Origin: Gammaproteobacteria bacterium
GTDB taxonomy: Bacteria; Pseudomonadota; Gammaproteobacteria; UBA1113
NCBI GenBank assembly: GCA_021156165.1
Contig: JAJNBM010000003.1
Coordinates: forward strand, 67,817 to 131,520
Direction: 5' to 3'
DNA: 63,704 nt
In this document: one piece after another, positions 20,876-30,165 of the stretch
Layout of the letters: every line of letters begins with the position of its first letter
Numbering within the stretch: the stretch's first letter is position 1
Translations under genes and position numbers: made by a program
Notes under the pieces: model-generated
Told to the model about the DNA's origin: nothing
Seen by the model: the letters and a program-made list of their open reading frames with translations, nothing else
The model's database searches: none

Positions 20876-22817
20876 ATGTTTAAAAAAATACTCATTGCCA
20901 ATCGTGGCGAAATTGCTTGCCGCATCATGCGCACGGCGCAACAAATGGGGATCCATTGCATTGCGGTTTATTCTTAGCGTAGACAGCTACCTCTGCGGCG
21001 ATAAAATTATCGCCATCGCAAAAAAAACAGGTGCCGAAGCCATACACCCCGGTTACGGATTTTTATCTGAAAATGCTGGTTTTGCAGCCGCTTGTGAAAA
21101 GGCAAAAATTATTTTTATAGGCCCTACCCCCGCTGCCATTTTAGCCATGGGCAGTAAAAGCCAAGCCAAAGAAATCATGACTAAAGCCAAAGTCCCTTGT
21201 ACTCCTGGTTATCATGGAGAAAGACAAGACATCGACTTTCTATTGCAAGAAGCCAAAAAAATTGGATTTCCAGTATTGATTAAAGCTGCCATGGGTGGCG
21301 GCGGTAAAGGTATGCGTCGCGTTGATGAGGCCAAACACTTTAAAGAAGCTTTGGAAAGCGCACAACGAGAAGCCTTATCCAGCTTTGGCGATAAGCGTGT
21401 TTTATTAGAAAAATATGTATTACACCCACGCCATATTGAAATTCAAGTCATGGCTGATAATCACAATAATGCCATTTATTTGTTTGAACGCGATTGCTCT
21501 ATACAACGTCGACATCAAAAAATTATTGAAGAAGCGCCTGGCTTGGGTATTTCGAACAACTTGCGTCGCAAAATGGGTGAAACAGCGGTAACGGCCGCAA
21601 AAACAATAGGCTATAGAGGAGCAGGGACGATTGAGTTTTTATTGGATAGCAATAACCAATTTTATTTTATGGAAATGAATACGCGCCTGCAAGTAGAACA
21701 TCCCGTCACGGAGATGATCACCGGTTTTGATCTGGTGGCTTGGCAATTACGCATAGCGTATGGTGAACCTTTAGCATATCAACAAAAAAATCTGAAGTGG
21801 CATGGGCACGCCATAGAAGTACGTTTATATGCTGAAGATACCCAAAACGATTTCTTGCCCGCTACTGGGACCATTCATTATCTATCTAGTCCCACAATCA
21901 ATAAACATATACGCATCGACAGCGGCATACAAGAAAAAGACAACATTAACAGTTATTACGACCCCATGATGGCTAAATTGATTGTGCATGCTGAGACGCG
22001 GCTTGATGCAATTACCGAATTAAAAAATGCTTTACAGGAATTGCATGTTATAGGCGTTAAAAATAACCGTGCCTTCTTGCAAAAATTAATTGCCTTGGAC
22101 GATTTTATAGACGGAAAAATAAACACGAGTTTTATTGAAGAGCACGCTATAGTATTGAAAGCGGTTATGAATACCGACAGGGATCCTATTTTATGCGCCG
22201 CAGCGTTATATTTGATATTAGATTCGTCCCAAAATACTGCTGGCAGCGAAGATGTTTTTTCTCCTTGGACTGAACCGGATGGTTTTAGGCTGCAACTGCC
22301 CTATCAGCGCTGTCTGCATTTTAAATACGGCGATGAAAATTATGCTGTTACGGTGATGTATCGCGGCTATTCGGGCGGTTCACGAACCGCCCCTACGGCA
22401 TATACTCTCCAAATCAAAGATAAAGCCTACTCTATTAATATACACGAAAAAACAGGTCCTTCATTGCGCTTTGCCATGAATGACAGCATACAGACTATGC
22501 AGATTATCCAGTATTATCAACAATTGTGGATCATTTGCGATGGCATAGAATATGCATTACAGAGCATAGAGTCTCTGCATACAGACTATGTGGAGCATGA
22601 GCAACGAGGCCACTTAACGGCCCCCATGCCCGGTGCCATTGTAGCCGTGCATGTAAAAGCGGGCGATACCGTACAAAAAGACGATTGTCTCGTGGTGATG
22701 GAAGCGATGAAAATGGAACATTCTATTTATGCGCCTCAAGCAGGCATTGTACGCGAAGTATTTTATACGGCGGGCGATCGTGTGGATGAAGGTGCTGAGT
22801 TATTGGCTTTTGACTAA
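20876..22817 (+). pseudogene. mccA: Methylcrotonyl-CoA carboxylase biotin-carboxylase/BCCP (alpha) subunit, disrupted near the 5' end
   Basis: ATG 20876 gives [33 protein letters not shown], then TAG at 20975. Homology resumes in another frame at SYLCGDKIIAIAKKTGAEAIHPGYGFLSEN (20985 onward). The C-terminal biotinyl motif EAMKMEH is intact. Confidence 0.7.
22372..22396. repeat. Single-hairpin REP-like unit inside the mccA reading frame
   Basis: GGGCGGTTC-ACG-AACCGCCCCTACG, translated in frame as SGGSRTAPT within YRGYSGGSRTAPTAYTLQ. Confidence 0.6.
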
Positions 22818-22837
22818 AAAACAAAAGCGTGACTCAT

Positions 22838-22895
22838 CGTAGGGGCACCTTCCTGTAAATGCCCTTTTAGGGTGACACGGAGGCCTGCCTCTACG
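22838..22895. repeat. Degenerate copy of the double-hairpin REP
   Basis: CGTAGGGGCACCTTCCTGTAAATGCCC..GGTGACACGGAGGCCTGCCTCTACG. Same layout as 20793-20851 with substitutions. Confidence 0.65.
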
Positions 22896-22948
22896 AAAAG
22901 AAGGCTATGTCGTGCAATTTTGAATAGTTACGATTAAAGGAGAATAAA

Positions 22949-23842
22949 ATGTCCTTACCGAAACAGGTGACCTTAGTGGAAGTCAGCCCTCGAGATGGCT
23001 TGCAAAATGAAAGTATATTCATCCCTACTGACGTTAAAATTCGACTCATTGAACAATTGGCGCAAAGCGGCCTAAAATACATAGAACTCACCAGTTTGGT
23101 ATCGCCACAATGGATACCGCAATTAGCCGATCAAGTCGAAGTCATTCAGAAAACGAAAATGTTTCCGGGGGTTGATTACAGCGTATTGGTTCCTAATGAA
23201 CACGGTTATACTCAAGCACAAAATTTAAAAGTACAGCACATAGCCGTATTCACTGCTGCCTCCGATACCTTTTGCCAAAAAAATATTAATCGCACTTTAG
23301 CACAAAGTTTAATAGACTATGAAAAAATAGTGCGTGATGCCAAAACAAAAAAATTGCGTGTGCGTGGCTATATTTCATGTGCTTTGGGTTGTCCTTACGA
23401 AGGCAAGATTGCGCCTCAAGCTGTATTAGAGGTAGCAAAACAACTGCTGGCTATGGGTTGCGATGAATTATCTATAGGCGATACTATTGGTGTAGGCACG
23501 GTACAGGGCGTGCGCAGATTATGTGAATTATTATTGAAACACATACCCGTTCATCAATTGGCCGTGCATTTTCACGATACCTACGGCCAAGCCTTAGCTA
23601 ATATTTATGAGGCGCTACAATTAGGCATACATATCGTAGATGCTTCCGTTGCCGGTTTAGGCGGCTGCCCTTATGCTAAGGGCGCCAGCGGCAACGTGGC
23701 CACCGAAGATGTGTTGTACATGTTAAATGGTTTAGGCATAGAAACAGGTGTCTCCATGAAAAAGCTATTAGAAGCCGATGACTTTATTTGCCAGTACTTA
23801 AATCGCCCTAGTCGTTCGAAGGTGGCAAATGCGCTAAATTAG
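22949..23842 (+). CDS. hmgL: Hydroxymethylglutaryl-CoA lyase
   Basis: EVSPRDGLQNE, HFHDTYGQALAN, GLGGCPYA motifs; AAAGGAG upstream. Confidence 0.88.
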   Translation: MSLPKQVTLVEVSPRDGLQNESIFIPTDVKIRLIEQLAQSGLKYIELTSLVSPQWIPQLADQVEVIQKTKMFPGVDYSVLVPNEHGYTQAQNLKVQHIAVFTAASDTFCQKNINRTLAQSLIDYEKIVRDAKTKKLRVRGYISCALGCPYEGKIAPQAVLEVAKQLLAMGCDELSIGDTIGVGTVQGVRRLCELLLKHIPVHQLAVHFHDTYGQALANIYEALQLGIHIVDASVAGLGGCPYAKGASGNVATEDVLYMLNGLGIETGVSMKKLLEADDFICQYLNRPSRSKVANALN

Positions 23843-23903
23843 GGTTTGTGGCCATTGGGTTTGTCGAAACGAAAAATGGATAAAGCTAATGGCTACAGAC
23901 CCT
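23841..23903. repeat. Short family-3 inverted repeat exactly filling the gap between convergent hmgL and ABC permease genes
   Basis: AGGGTTTGTGGCCATTGGGTTTG ... CTAATGGCTACAGACCCT. The arms can pair, so it may act as a bidirectional terminator. Confidence 0.55.
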
Positions 23904-24666
23904 AAGTCCGCAACCCCTTCCCCCGCTTCAACAACATGTAACACAATACCGCAAAGAAAATGCTGGCAGCAAGGGAAATAAAAAGTCCCGTCCAAGGTGA
24001 AACATCTGCCACTCCCAACATACCATATCTAAAACCATTCATTAAATACAGAATGGGATTGAAATGAGCTACTACGCGCCACCTGGGCGGTAGCGCTTGT
24101 ATAGAATAAAATACCCCGCCCAAATAGGTTAAAGGCGTTAACACAAAATTAGGAATAATGGAAATATCATCGAAAGTATTGGCAAAAAGAGCATTGAAAA
24201 ATCCTGCTAAGGAAAACAACCATGCCGAAATCAACAGAATAGCCAACATGCTAAAAAAATGCTGTATGGGTATATGCGTAAAGAAGGATGCTACCAGCAA
24301 CACCACAGCACCTACCACTAAGCCACGTATAACCCCGCCCAAAGTATAACCCAATAAAATAGTCCATTCCGATACCGGCGCTACCATTAACTCTTGTACA
24401 CTGTGGGTAAACTTAGCAGAAAAGAAAGAGGCGGAAACATTGGCATAGGCATTTAAGATCACTGTCATCATCACCAAGCCGGGAGCAATAAATTGTATGT
24501 AATTATAGCCATCCACTAAGCCTATACGAGAACCAATCACATGGCCAAAGATGACAAAATACAAACTCATGGTAATAGCGGGTGGTAGTAGCGTTTGGGG
24601 CCAAATACGGAATATACGTATACATTCTTTGCGTACTATCGTTTTCAGTGCAACCCAATTTATCAT
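23902..24666 (-). CDS. ABC-2 type transporter permease (YadH-like)
   Basis: 254 aa with six predicted TM segments; directly downstream of an ABC ATPase. Confidence 0.7.
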   Translation of the reverse strand: MINWVALKTIVRKECIRIFRIWPQTLLPPAITMSLYFVIFGHVIGSRIGLVDGYNYIQFIAPGLVMMTVILNAYANVSASFFSAKFTHSVQELMVAPVSEWTILLGYTLGGVIRGLVVGAVVLLVASFFTHIPIQHFFSMLAILLISAWLFSLAGFFNALFANTFDDISIIPNFVLTPLTYLGGVFYSIQALPPRWRVVAHFNPILYLMNGFRYGMLGVADVSPWTGLFISLAASIFFAVLCYMLLKRGKGLRT

Positions 24667-24762
24667 TTAAAGATCCCCTTATCTTTCAAAAAAAGCCCAT
24701 ATTGGGCGCATCTTACCTGTCCCCCAATCTGTGCTTTTGCTATATTCCTGCATCGTAGATAA

Positions 24763-25695
24763 TTAAGAAATACCCTCTACTACCGTATGCCCTGTAAGAC
24801 GTATAAATAATTCTTCCAAACGATTAAATTTATTGCGTAAACTTAAAACACGAATTCCGGCCGCATCCAGTGCTGTGAATAGATTATTTACCGTTTGAGG
24901 CTCGAGCAAATCGACTTCTATGCTATCGGGAGAAACCAATCTACAAGTAAAATGTTCTAATTGAGGCGCTTCAGGAAGAATGCTATCTATATCTAAAATT
25001 AAAGTTTCGCCAGTTAAATCGCCTAGCAGCGAATGCACACTTTTTTCAACTAAGATTTCGCCATTATCGATAATCGCCACATTTTTACATAAAATTTCCA
25101 CTTCTTCCAAATAGTGCGTAGTGAGTAAAATGGTTAAACCTTGTTGGTTTAACTTTTCCAGATACACCCACAATGAACGTCTAAGTTCTATATCCACCCC
25201 CGCCGTGGGTTCATCTAAAATGAGCAGTTTGGGCTGATGCACTAAGGCACGGGCAATCATCAAACGGCGCTTCATACCGCCCGATAAAAAGCGCACCGTT
25301 TCGTTGCGTTTTTCCCATAACCCCAATTGCTGCAAATAATGCTCCGCTTGTTCCTTGGCCTGGCGATAAGGCACGCCATAATAACCGGCTTGCGTTACCA
25401 CCACATCTATGGTTTTGGTAAAAATATTGAAGTTAAACTCTTGCGGCACAATGCCTATCAACTGTTTGGCTTTTAAAATATCATCATCTATGGAATGCTC
25501 AAATACACGCACCGTGCCTGAGGTTTTGGTGACCAATGAGGAAACAATGCCGATAAATGTAGATTTGCCCGCGCCATTAGGGCCCAATAAGGCGAAAAAA
25601 TCACCTTCTGCTATCGCCAAACTGATGCCCTTTAAGGCCATTTTCCCAGATTGATACACTTTGACCAAGTTTTCGACTGTTAACGCTTGACTCAT
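24763..25695 (-). CDS. ABC transporter ATP-binding protein (YadG-like)
   Basis: Walker A GPNGAGKST, signature LSGGMKRR, Walker B LLILDEPT. Confidence 0.85.
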   Translation of the reverse strand: MSQALTVENLVKVYQSGKMALKGISLAIAEGDFFALLGPNGAGKSTFIGIVSSLVTKTSGTVRVFEHSIDDDILKAKQLIGIVPQEFNFNIFTKTIDVVVTQAGYYGVPYRQAKEQAEHYLQQLGLWEKRNETVRFLSGGMKRRLMIARALVHQPKLLILDEPTAGVDIELRRSLWVYLEKLNQQGLTILLTTHYLEEVEILCKNVAIIDNGEILVEKSVHSLLGDLTGETLILDIDSILPEAPQLEHFTCRLVSPDSIEVDLLEPQTVNNLFTALDAAGIRVLSLRNKFNRLEELFIRLTGHTVVEGIS

Positions 25696-25802
25696 TTGCG
25701 CTCCATACTCTGTTGATGAACGCTATGGTAGCATAGTTTGTAGATTGACCCAACTTCTGAAAATAATTTATACTATTGTCTTTTAGAGTAATCAGACAAA
25801 CC

Positions 25803-26174
25803 ATGCAGATCCATCTAGACGACGCCACGACCACTTACCGCATTCAGCGATATGAGCCGAAGAAAATCACTATTAATGATGTGATTTATAATCATAATTT
25901 AATATTGTCTACAGAAAAAATTTGGGCAGATCGGTATATTTCGCATAAAGCCAATAGCGCTGATGAAGAAACGCTCACGTATTTTATCGATTTGAAACCA
26001 CAAATTTTTTTATTTGGCACAGGCGAAACGCAGCAATTTTTATCGCCCTGGCTACAAGCCTTGTTTTATAGTCATCGCATAGGCGTAGAAGCCATGTCTA
26101 CCGCTGCGGCCTGTAGAACCTATAATGTGTTGTTGGCCGAAGGCCGTTATGTGATGGCAAGTTTATTGGTGTAA
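25803..26174 (+). CDS. Mth938-like (DUF498) domain protein
   Basis: MQIHLDD..YRIQRYEPKKITIND..IFLFGTGETQQFL..GVEAMSTAAACRTYNVLLAEGR pattern. The track start 25776 is probably over-extended. Confidence 0.6.
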   Translation: MQIHLDDATTTYRIQRYEPKKITINDVIYNHNLILSTEKIWADRYISHKANSADEETLTYFIDLKPQIFLFGTGETQQFLSPWLQALFYSHRIGVEAMSTAAACRTYNVLLAEGRYVMASLLV

Positions 26175-26188
26175 GGGCTACAGGGCCT

Positions 26189-27460
26189 CTAGCCTTCTTG
26201 AGATTCTTTCTTGGGCAATATCTTAATCAAACTGATCTTATTGCCTTCTACTTCTACAATTTCTAAACGACAACCGCCTAGAGAAAGACAAGTCCCTGCT
26301 TGCGGCATGGCTTCTAAATATTCCGTTACTAAACCGCTTAAAGTTCTAGGGCCTTCGCTGGGAAAATTCACTTGCAAGATGCGATTTAATTCGCGTACAT
26401 GGATGGTAGCATTGACGATATAACCGCCTTCTATTGCAGATTGCACTAACGCTTCTTCACCGCTTTTTTCCATAGCCAATTCACCAACGATTTCATGCAC
26501 GATATTGCCTAAGCTCACTAAGCCCAGAATATCGCCGTATTCATCCACTACAAAAGCATGATTGCGATCTTTTAATTTAAAATGTTTCATCTGCGTAGAC
26601 AATAAGGTTTCTTCCGGTATGAAATACGGTTCTTTCATTAAGGAAAAAATGGTTTTTTTATCGGGATTTGGACCAAAAAATATTTCCAATGCACTGAATA
26701 CGGGCAAAATGCCTTTGATCTCATTAATATCGTCTTGATACACGGGTATATATTTCATATTACAGCTTAACAACTGCTGGCGAATGGTTTCTAAGTCATC
26801 GTCTATATCAATGCTGACAATCCTATTGCGCGGGGTCATCACATCATTCACTGTCATCTTTTCTAAATCTAAAATTCTCAATAACATTTCTTGGTGATGT
26901 GCCGTCATTTTATCCGTGGAATAAGCCACTATGGAACGCAGTTCTTCAGAAGTTAAACGATCACTGTGAGCATGTTGTAATTTAACCCCTAAAAGTCGCA
27001 ATAAGCCATTTGAAATTTTAGTGGCTAACCAAACTATAGGGTAAAGCAGAAAAAAAATGAGCAATAAAGGCCCTGAAATGATGAAGCTAAATTTTTGCGA
27101 ATGGGCAACCGCTACAGTTTTGGGTGCGATCTCGCCTAAAATTAAAATAAGGAGCGTCAATACGACGGTGGCTAAAACCACCCCAATTTCTCCCCAAAAA
27201 TGAATGGCTAACATGGTGGCAATAGCCGAAGCAACGATATTGGCGAAAGTATTGCCGATGAGAATAGTGGCTAATAAGCGATCGGGTCTTTTAAGCAAAA
27301 AAAGAACTCTTCTGGCGGACGGCGCACCCTCCTGGGCTAAATAACGCAACCTATAGCGATTGATGGTCATTAACGCCGTTTCTGATGCTGAAAAAAATGC
27401 CGATACCAGCAATAACCCCACTAAGATAATGCTCGAAGTGACTGCGCTTAAGCTGTGCAA
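26189..27460 (-). CDS. CNNM/HlyC/CorC-family transporter (DUF21-CBS pair-CorC_HlyC)
   Basis: N-terminal four-TM DUF21 (FFSASETALM), central CBS region, C-terminal CorC domain; 423 aa. Confidence 0.8.
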   Translation of the reverse strand: MHSLSAVTSSIILVGLLLVSAFFSASETALMTINRYRLRYLAQEGAPSARRVLFLLKRPDRLLATILIGNTFANIVASAIATMLAIHFWGEIGVVLATVVLTLLILILGEIAPKTVAVAHSQKFSFIISGPLLLIFFLLYPIVWLATKISNGLLRLLGVKLQHAHSDRLTSEELRSIVAYSTDKMTAHHQEMLLRILDLEKMTVNDVMTPRNRIVSIDIDDDLETIRQQLLSCNMKYIPVYQDDINEIKGILPVFSALEIFFGPNPDKKTIFSLMKEPYFIPEETLLSTQMKHFKLKDRNHAFVVDEYGDILGLVSLGNIVHEIVGELAMEKSGEEALVQSAIEGGYIVNATIHVRELNRILQVNFPSEGPRTLSGLVTEYLEAMPQAGTCLSLGGCRLEIVEVEGNKISLIKILPKKESQEG

Positions 27461-27490
27461 ATTTTAGTCTCCTGAATATGGCTGCGTAAA

Positions 27491-27620
27491 ATATACTCAT
27501 AGCAGTTGATTTTTAGGCGAGGCGCTAGCCCTCTAGCACCAGGAGTGACGTACTCCGTCATATACTAGAGCGAGATGGGCGTAGGCAACAAAGCCTAAAA
27601 ATCAAATGCGAAGAGTATAT
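27491..27620. repeat. MITE-like element, family 2 (28-bp TIR ATATACTCWTMGCAKTTGATTTTTAGGC)
   Basis: Begins ATATACTCATAGCAGTTGATTTTTAGGC and ends GCCTAAAAATCAAATGCGAAGAGTATAT. Same core as the copies at 29714, 29939, 30166 and 57646. Confidence 0.85.
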
Positions 27621-27631
27621 TATCCAAGAAC

Positions 27632-27660
27632 TTGTACCCTATAGCAAGGCTCAGTATAAT
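27632..27660 (+). promoter_or_regulatory. Candidate sigma-70 promoter of ffh
   Basis: TTGTAC, 17-nt spacer, TATAAT; 30 nt upstream of the ffh ATG and just downstream of the family-2 element. Confidence 0.45.
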
Positions 27661-27689
27661 GGCCTCATTATAAGCAACGAGATATCATT

Positions 27690-29063
27690 ATGTTCAATTC
27701 TTTAACGGAAAAGCTCAGCGCTACCCTCAATAAATTGACGGGGCAAGGACGCATCACCGAAAAAAATATTACCGATACGCTTAAAGAAATTCGTGAAGCC
27801 CTATTAGATGCAGACGTTGCCTTAAGCGTGGTAAAACATCTGCTCAACGATATTAAAAAGCGCGCTTTAGGGCATGAGGTATTGCGCAGCCTTTCCCCCG
27901 GACAAACCCTAATCAAAATCATTCACGATGAATTGGTTCTGATTATGGGCGAAAAAAATGAAACCCTAGATTTAGCGGTACAACCTCCCGCTATTATTTT
28001 GTTGGCTGGTTTACAAGGCTCTGGTAAAACCACCACCGCCGCTAAATTAGCTAAATTCTTACAAGAAACTCATAAAAAGAAAGTGTTATTAACCAGTGTA
28101 GATGTCTATAGGCCTGCAGCTATACTGCAATTGGAAACCTTAGCGAGCCAAATCGGTGCCGAGTTTCACCCCAGTTCTAATACAGACGCTCCTATTAAAA
28201 TAGCCCAATCTGCTTTATTCGCCGCCAAACAAAAAAGTCTTGATGTGGTCATCATCGACACCGCGGGCCGCTTGCACATCGATGCCGAGATGATGAATGA
28301 AATAGAAAGCCTACACAAAGCCGTATCACCGACTGAAACACTGTTTGTAGTCGACAGTATGACGGGGCAGGATGCCGCTAAAACGGCTCAAGCTTTCCAT
28401 GAAAGGCTACCTTTAACGGGAATCATTCTAACCAAAACCGATGGCGATGCCCGCGGCGGCGCAGCACTTTCGGTGCGTTATCTCACGGGTAAGCCTGTTA
28501 AATTTATGGGTACAGGTGAAAAAATAGAAGCCTTATCGCCCTTTTATCCCGAGCGAATTGTATCCCGTATTTTAGGTCGCGGTGATATTGTCAGTTTAGT
28601 CGAATCGGTACAAAGCACAGTGGATCAAGAAAAAGCTGCTAAAATTGCCAAAAAAATCCACAAAGGCCGCGGTTTTGATTTAGAGGATTTTAAGAGCCAG
28701 CTGCAAGAAATGAAAAAGATGGGCGGTTTGTCGTCGATGATTGATAAGCTACCTGGTGTAGGCGCCGTACCTCAAACAGTAAAAGATAAAATGCTGGGCG
28801 ATAAAAGCTTGATACGTTTTGAAGCCATCATTAATTCTATGACACCTAAAGAGCGTCATTTTCCCGATCTCATTAACGGCTCCCGCAAACGTCGCATTGC
28901 CAAGGGTTCTGGCACCACCATCCAAGACATCAATCAATTGCTTAAACAATTTGAACAAATGCAAAAAATGTTCAAGAAAATGGCCAAAGGCGGCTTAAGC
29001 AAAATGATGCGCCATTTGGGTGGCAATCTACCCGGTGGATTGGGAGGCATGTTCGGCCAATAA
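27690..29063 (+). CDS. ffh: Signal recognition particle protein Ffh
   Basis: N/G domain GLQGSGKTTT, DTAGRL, TKTDGDARGG; Met-rich M domain at the C-terminus. Confidence 0.95.
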   Translation: MFNSLTEKLSATLNKLTGQGRITEKNITDTLKEIREALLDADVALSVVKHLLNDIKKRALGHEVLRSLSPGQTLIKIIHDELVLIMGEKNETLDLAVQPPAIILLAGLQGSGKTTTAAKLAKFLQETHKKKVLLTSVDVYRPAAILQLETLASQIGAEFHPSSNTDAPIKIAQSALFAAKQKSLDVVIIDTAGRLHIDAEMMNEIESLHKAVSPTETLFVVDSMTGQDAAKTAQAFHERLPLTGIILTKTDGDARGGAALSVRYLTGKPVKFMGTGEKIEALSPFYPERIVSRILGRGDIVSLVESVQSTVDQEKAAKIAKKIHKGRGFDLEDFKSQLQEMKKMGGLSSMIDKLPGVGAVPQTVKDKMLGDKSLIRFEAIINSMTPKERHFPDLINGSRKRRIAKGSGTTIQDINQLLKQFEQMQKMFKKMAKGGLSKMMRHLGGNLPGGLGGMFGQ

Positions 29064-29092
29064 AAAAAGGTGCCTCGTAAGACACCTTTTTA
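29064..29092 (+). terminator. Rho-independent terminator after ffh
   Basis: AAAAAGGTG-cctcgtaaga-CACCTTTTT: 9-bp stem with the T-run at the 3' side, immediately after the TAA. Confidence 0.6.
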
Positions 29093-29155
29093 CTTAAAGT
29101 GCTTTTGATAGGGATAGGCCCTAAAAAAGAGCGGATTATTTACCCCAAAAGTCTA

Positions 29156-29183
29156 TTGACTTTGGTTTAGATTCTGTTATTAT
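29156..29183 (+). promoter_or_regulatory. Candidate promoter of tRNA-Leu
   Basis: TTGACT, 16-nt spacer, TATTAT, followed by a GC-rich discriminator GTGCGCC about 20 nt before the tRNA 5' end. Confidence 0.5.
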
Positions 29184-29203
29184 GTGCGCCTCTAGTCCTC
29201 CGT

Positions 29204-29290
29204 GCCGGAGTGGCGAAATTGGTAGACGCGCCGGACTCAAAATCCGGTGGTGGCAACACCGTGTCGGTTCGAGTCCGACCCCCGGCACCA
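29204..29290 (+). tRNA. tRNA-Leu (anticodon CAA)
   Basis: GCCGGAGTGGCGAAATTGGTAGACGCGCCGGACTCAAAATCCGG + long variable arm + GTCGGTTCGAGTCCGAC + CCCCGGCACCA. One A-C mismatch in the acceptor stem; CCA is encoded. Confidence 0.9.
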
Positions 29291-29293
29291 TCT

Positions 29294-29608
29294 CTACTTA
29301 AAAAATACTTTCGCACTTGCTGAAAGTTGTGACCAGTAGGGAATAATGATAAATACCACGCCCAAAATAAAATAAATAATGGGTTTAGAAAGTGTGACCT
29401 GGATAGGATTTTTGCGATGATCCATGTATTGCATCACTGCTCCCATCAAAAAAGCGATACCCGCAATCATACTGATGGCAATTAACATTTTTTGAACCCC
29501 TGTTAAAGGCCCTAGAGCTGCGTGCGAAACATCCCCGAGGGAAGGAGCTGCTTGGGTAATAACCCCATAAAAAGTAAGTGCTAAATAAGTGATTATTTTT
29601 TTATACAT
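29294..29608 (-). CDS. Small secreted/membrane protein (signal peptide plus two TM helices)
   Basis: MYKKIITYLALTFYGVITQAAP.. then MLIAISMIAGIAFLMGAVM and IIYFILGVVFIIIPYW. The track ORF start (29668) overlaps tRNA-His, so the internal ATG at 29608 is preferred. Confidence 0.5.
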   Translation of the reverse strand: MYKKIITYLALTFYGVITQAAPSLGDVSHAALGPLTGVQKMLIAISMIAGIAFLMGAVMQYMDHRKNPIQVTLSKPIIYFILGVVFIIIPYWSQLSASAKVFFK

Positions 29609-29635
29609 GGCTTTTTTATTTAATAATACTAAAGT

Positions 29636-29712
29636 TGGGGTGAACGATGGGGCTCGAACCCACGACAACCGGAATCACAATCCGGGGCTCTACCAACTGA
29701 GCTACGTCCACC
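29636..29712 (-). tRNA. tRNA-His (anticodon GTG)
   Basis: Reverse complement GGTGGACGTAGCTCAGTTGGTAGAGCCCCGGATTGTGATTCCGG..GTGGGTTCGAGCCCCATCGTTCACCCCA. The extra 5' G(-1) typical of tRNA-His is present. Confidence 0.92.
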
Positions 29713-29713
29713 A

Positions 29714-29845
29714 TGGCGCTTTTTGCATTTGACTTTTAGGCTTTGTTAACTTCGCCCCTTTCACAAAAATCATGTATCAGTGCATACACTTCTTTTGCTC
29801 GAAGGCGCCTTGCCTCGCCTAAAACCCACCTGCTATGAGCTCTTC
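29714..29845. repeat. Family-2 MITE-like element (spacer between tRNA-Arg and tRNA-His), most diverged copy
   Basis: ..TTTTGCATTTGACTTTTAGGCTTTGTT..CATGTATCAGTGCATACAC..CGCCTAAAACCCACCTGCTATGAGCTC. Confidence 0.8.
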
Positions 29846-29848
29846 TTT

Positions 29849-29925
29849 TGGTGCGCCCGGCAGGATTCGAACCTGCTACCCTCGGCTTAGAAGGCCGATG
29901 CTCTATCCGAATGAGCTACGGGCGC
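29849..29925 (-). tRNA. tRNA-Arg (anticodon TCT)
   Basis: Reverse complement GCGCCCGTAGCTCATTCGGATAGAGCATCGGCCTTCTAAGCCGAGGGTAGCAGGTTCGAATCCTGCCGGGCGCACCA. Confidence 0.92.
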
Positions 29926-29938
29926 TTTAAAACCTAGT

Positions 29939-30064
29939 TATAGTCTTCGCATTTGGTTTAGGCTTTGTTGGCTGCGTCCATCTCTCCAAAGTCATGTATC
30001 AGTGCATACACTCCTTTGGCTCGAGGACTTGCCACCTCGCCTAAAAATCAACTGCTATGACATA
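29939..30064. repeat. Family-2 MITE-like element (spacer between tRNA-Pro and tRNA-Arg)
   Basis: TATAGTCTTCGCATTTGGTTTAGGC...GCCTAAAAATCAACTGCTATGACATAT. Confidence 0.85.
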
Positions 30065-30088
30065 TATGCGCTAACCGCAAAAAATTGA

Positions 30089-30162
30089 TCGGGGTAGAGG
30101 GATTTGAACCCCCGACATCCTGCTCCCAAAGCAGGCGCGCTACCAGACTGCGCTATACCCCG
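30089..30162 (-). tRNA. tRNA-Pro (anticodon TGG)
   Basis: Reverse complement CGGGGTATAGCGCAGTCTGGTAGCGCGCCTGCTTTGGGAGCAGGATGTCGGGGGTTCAAATCCCTCTACCCCGA. CCA is not encoded. Confidence 0.9.
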
Positions 30163-30165
30163 TTC

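Noticed and set aside
20702-20961. ORFs 20702-20956 and 20755-20961, and likewise 54218-54556, 55780-56100 and 48395-48643
   Set aside because: All run through REP elements and share the REP-encoded peptide (..GAGPRACP..ATTGGCPY..). They overlap well-supported genes on the other strand.
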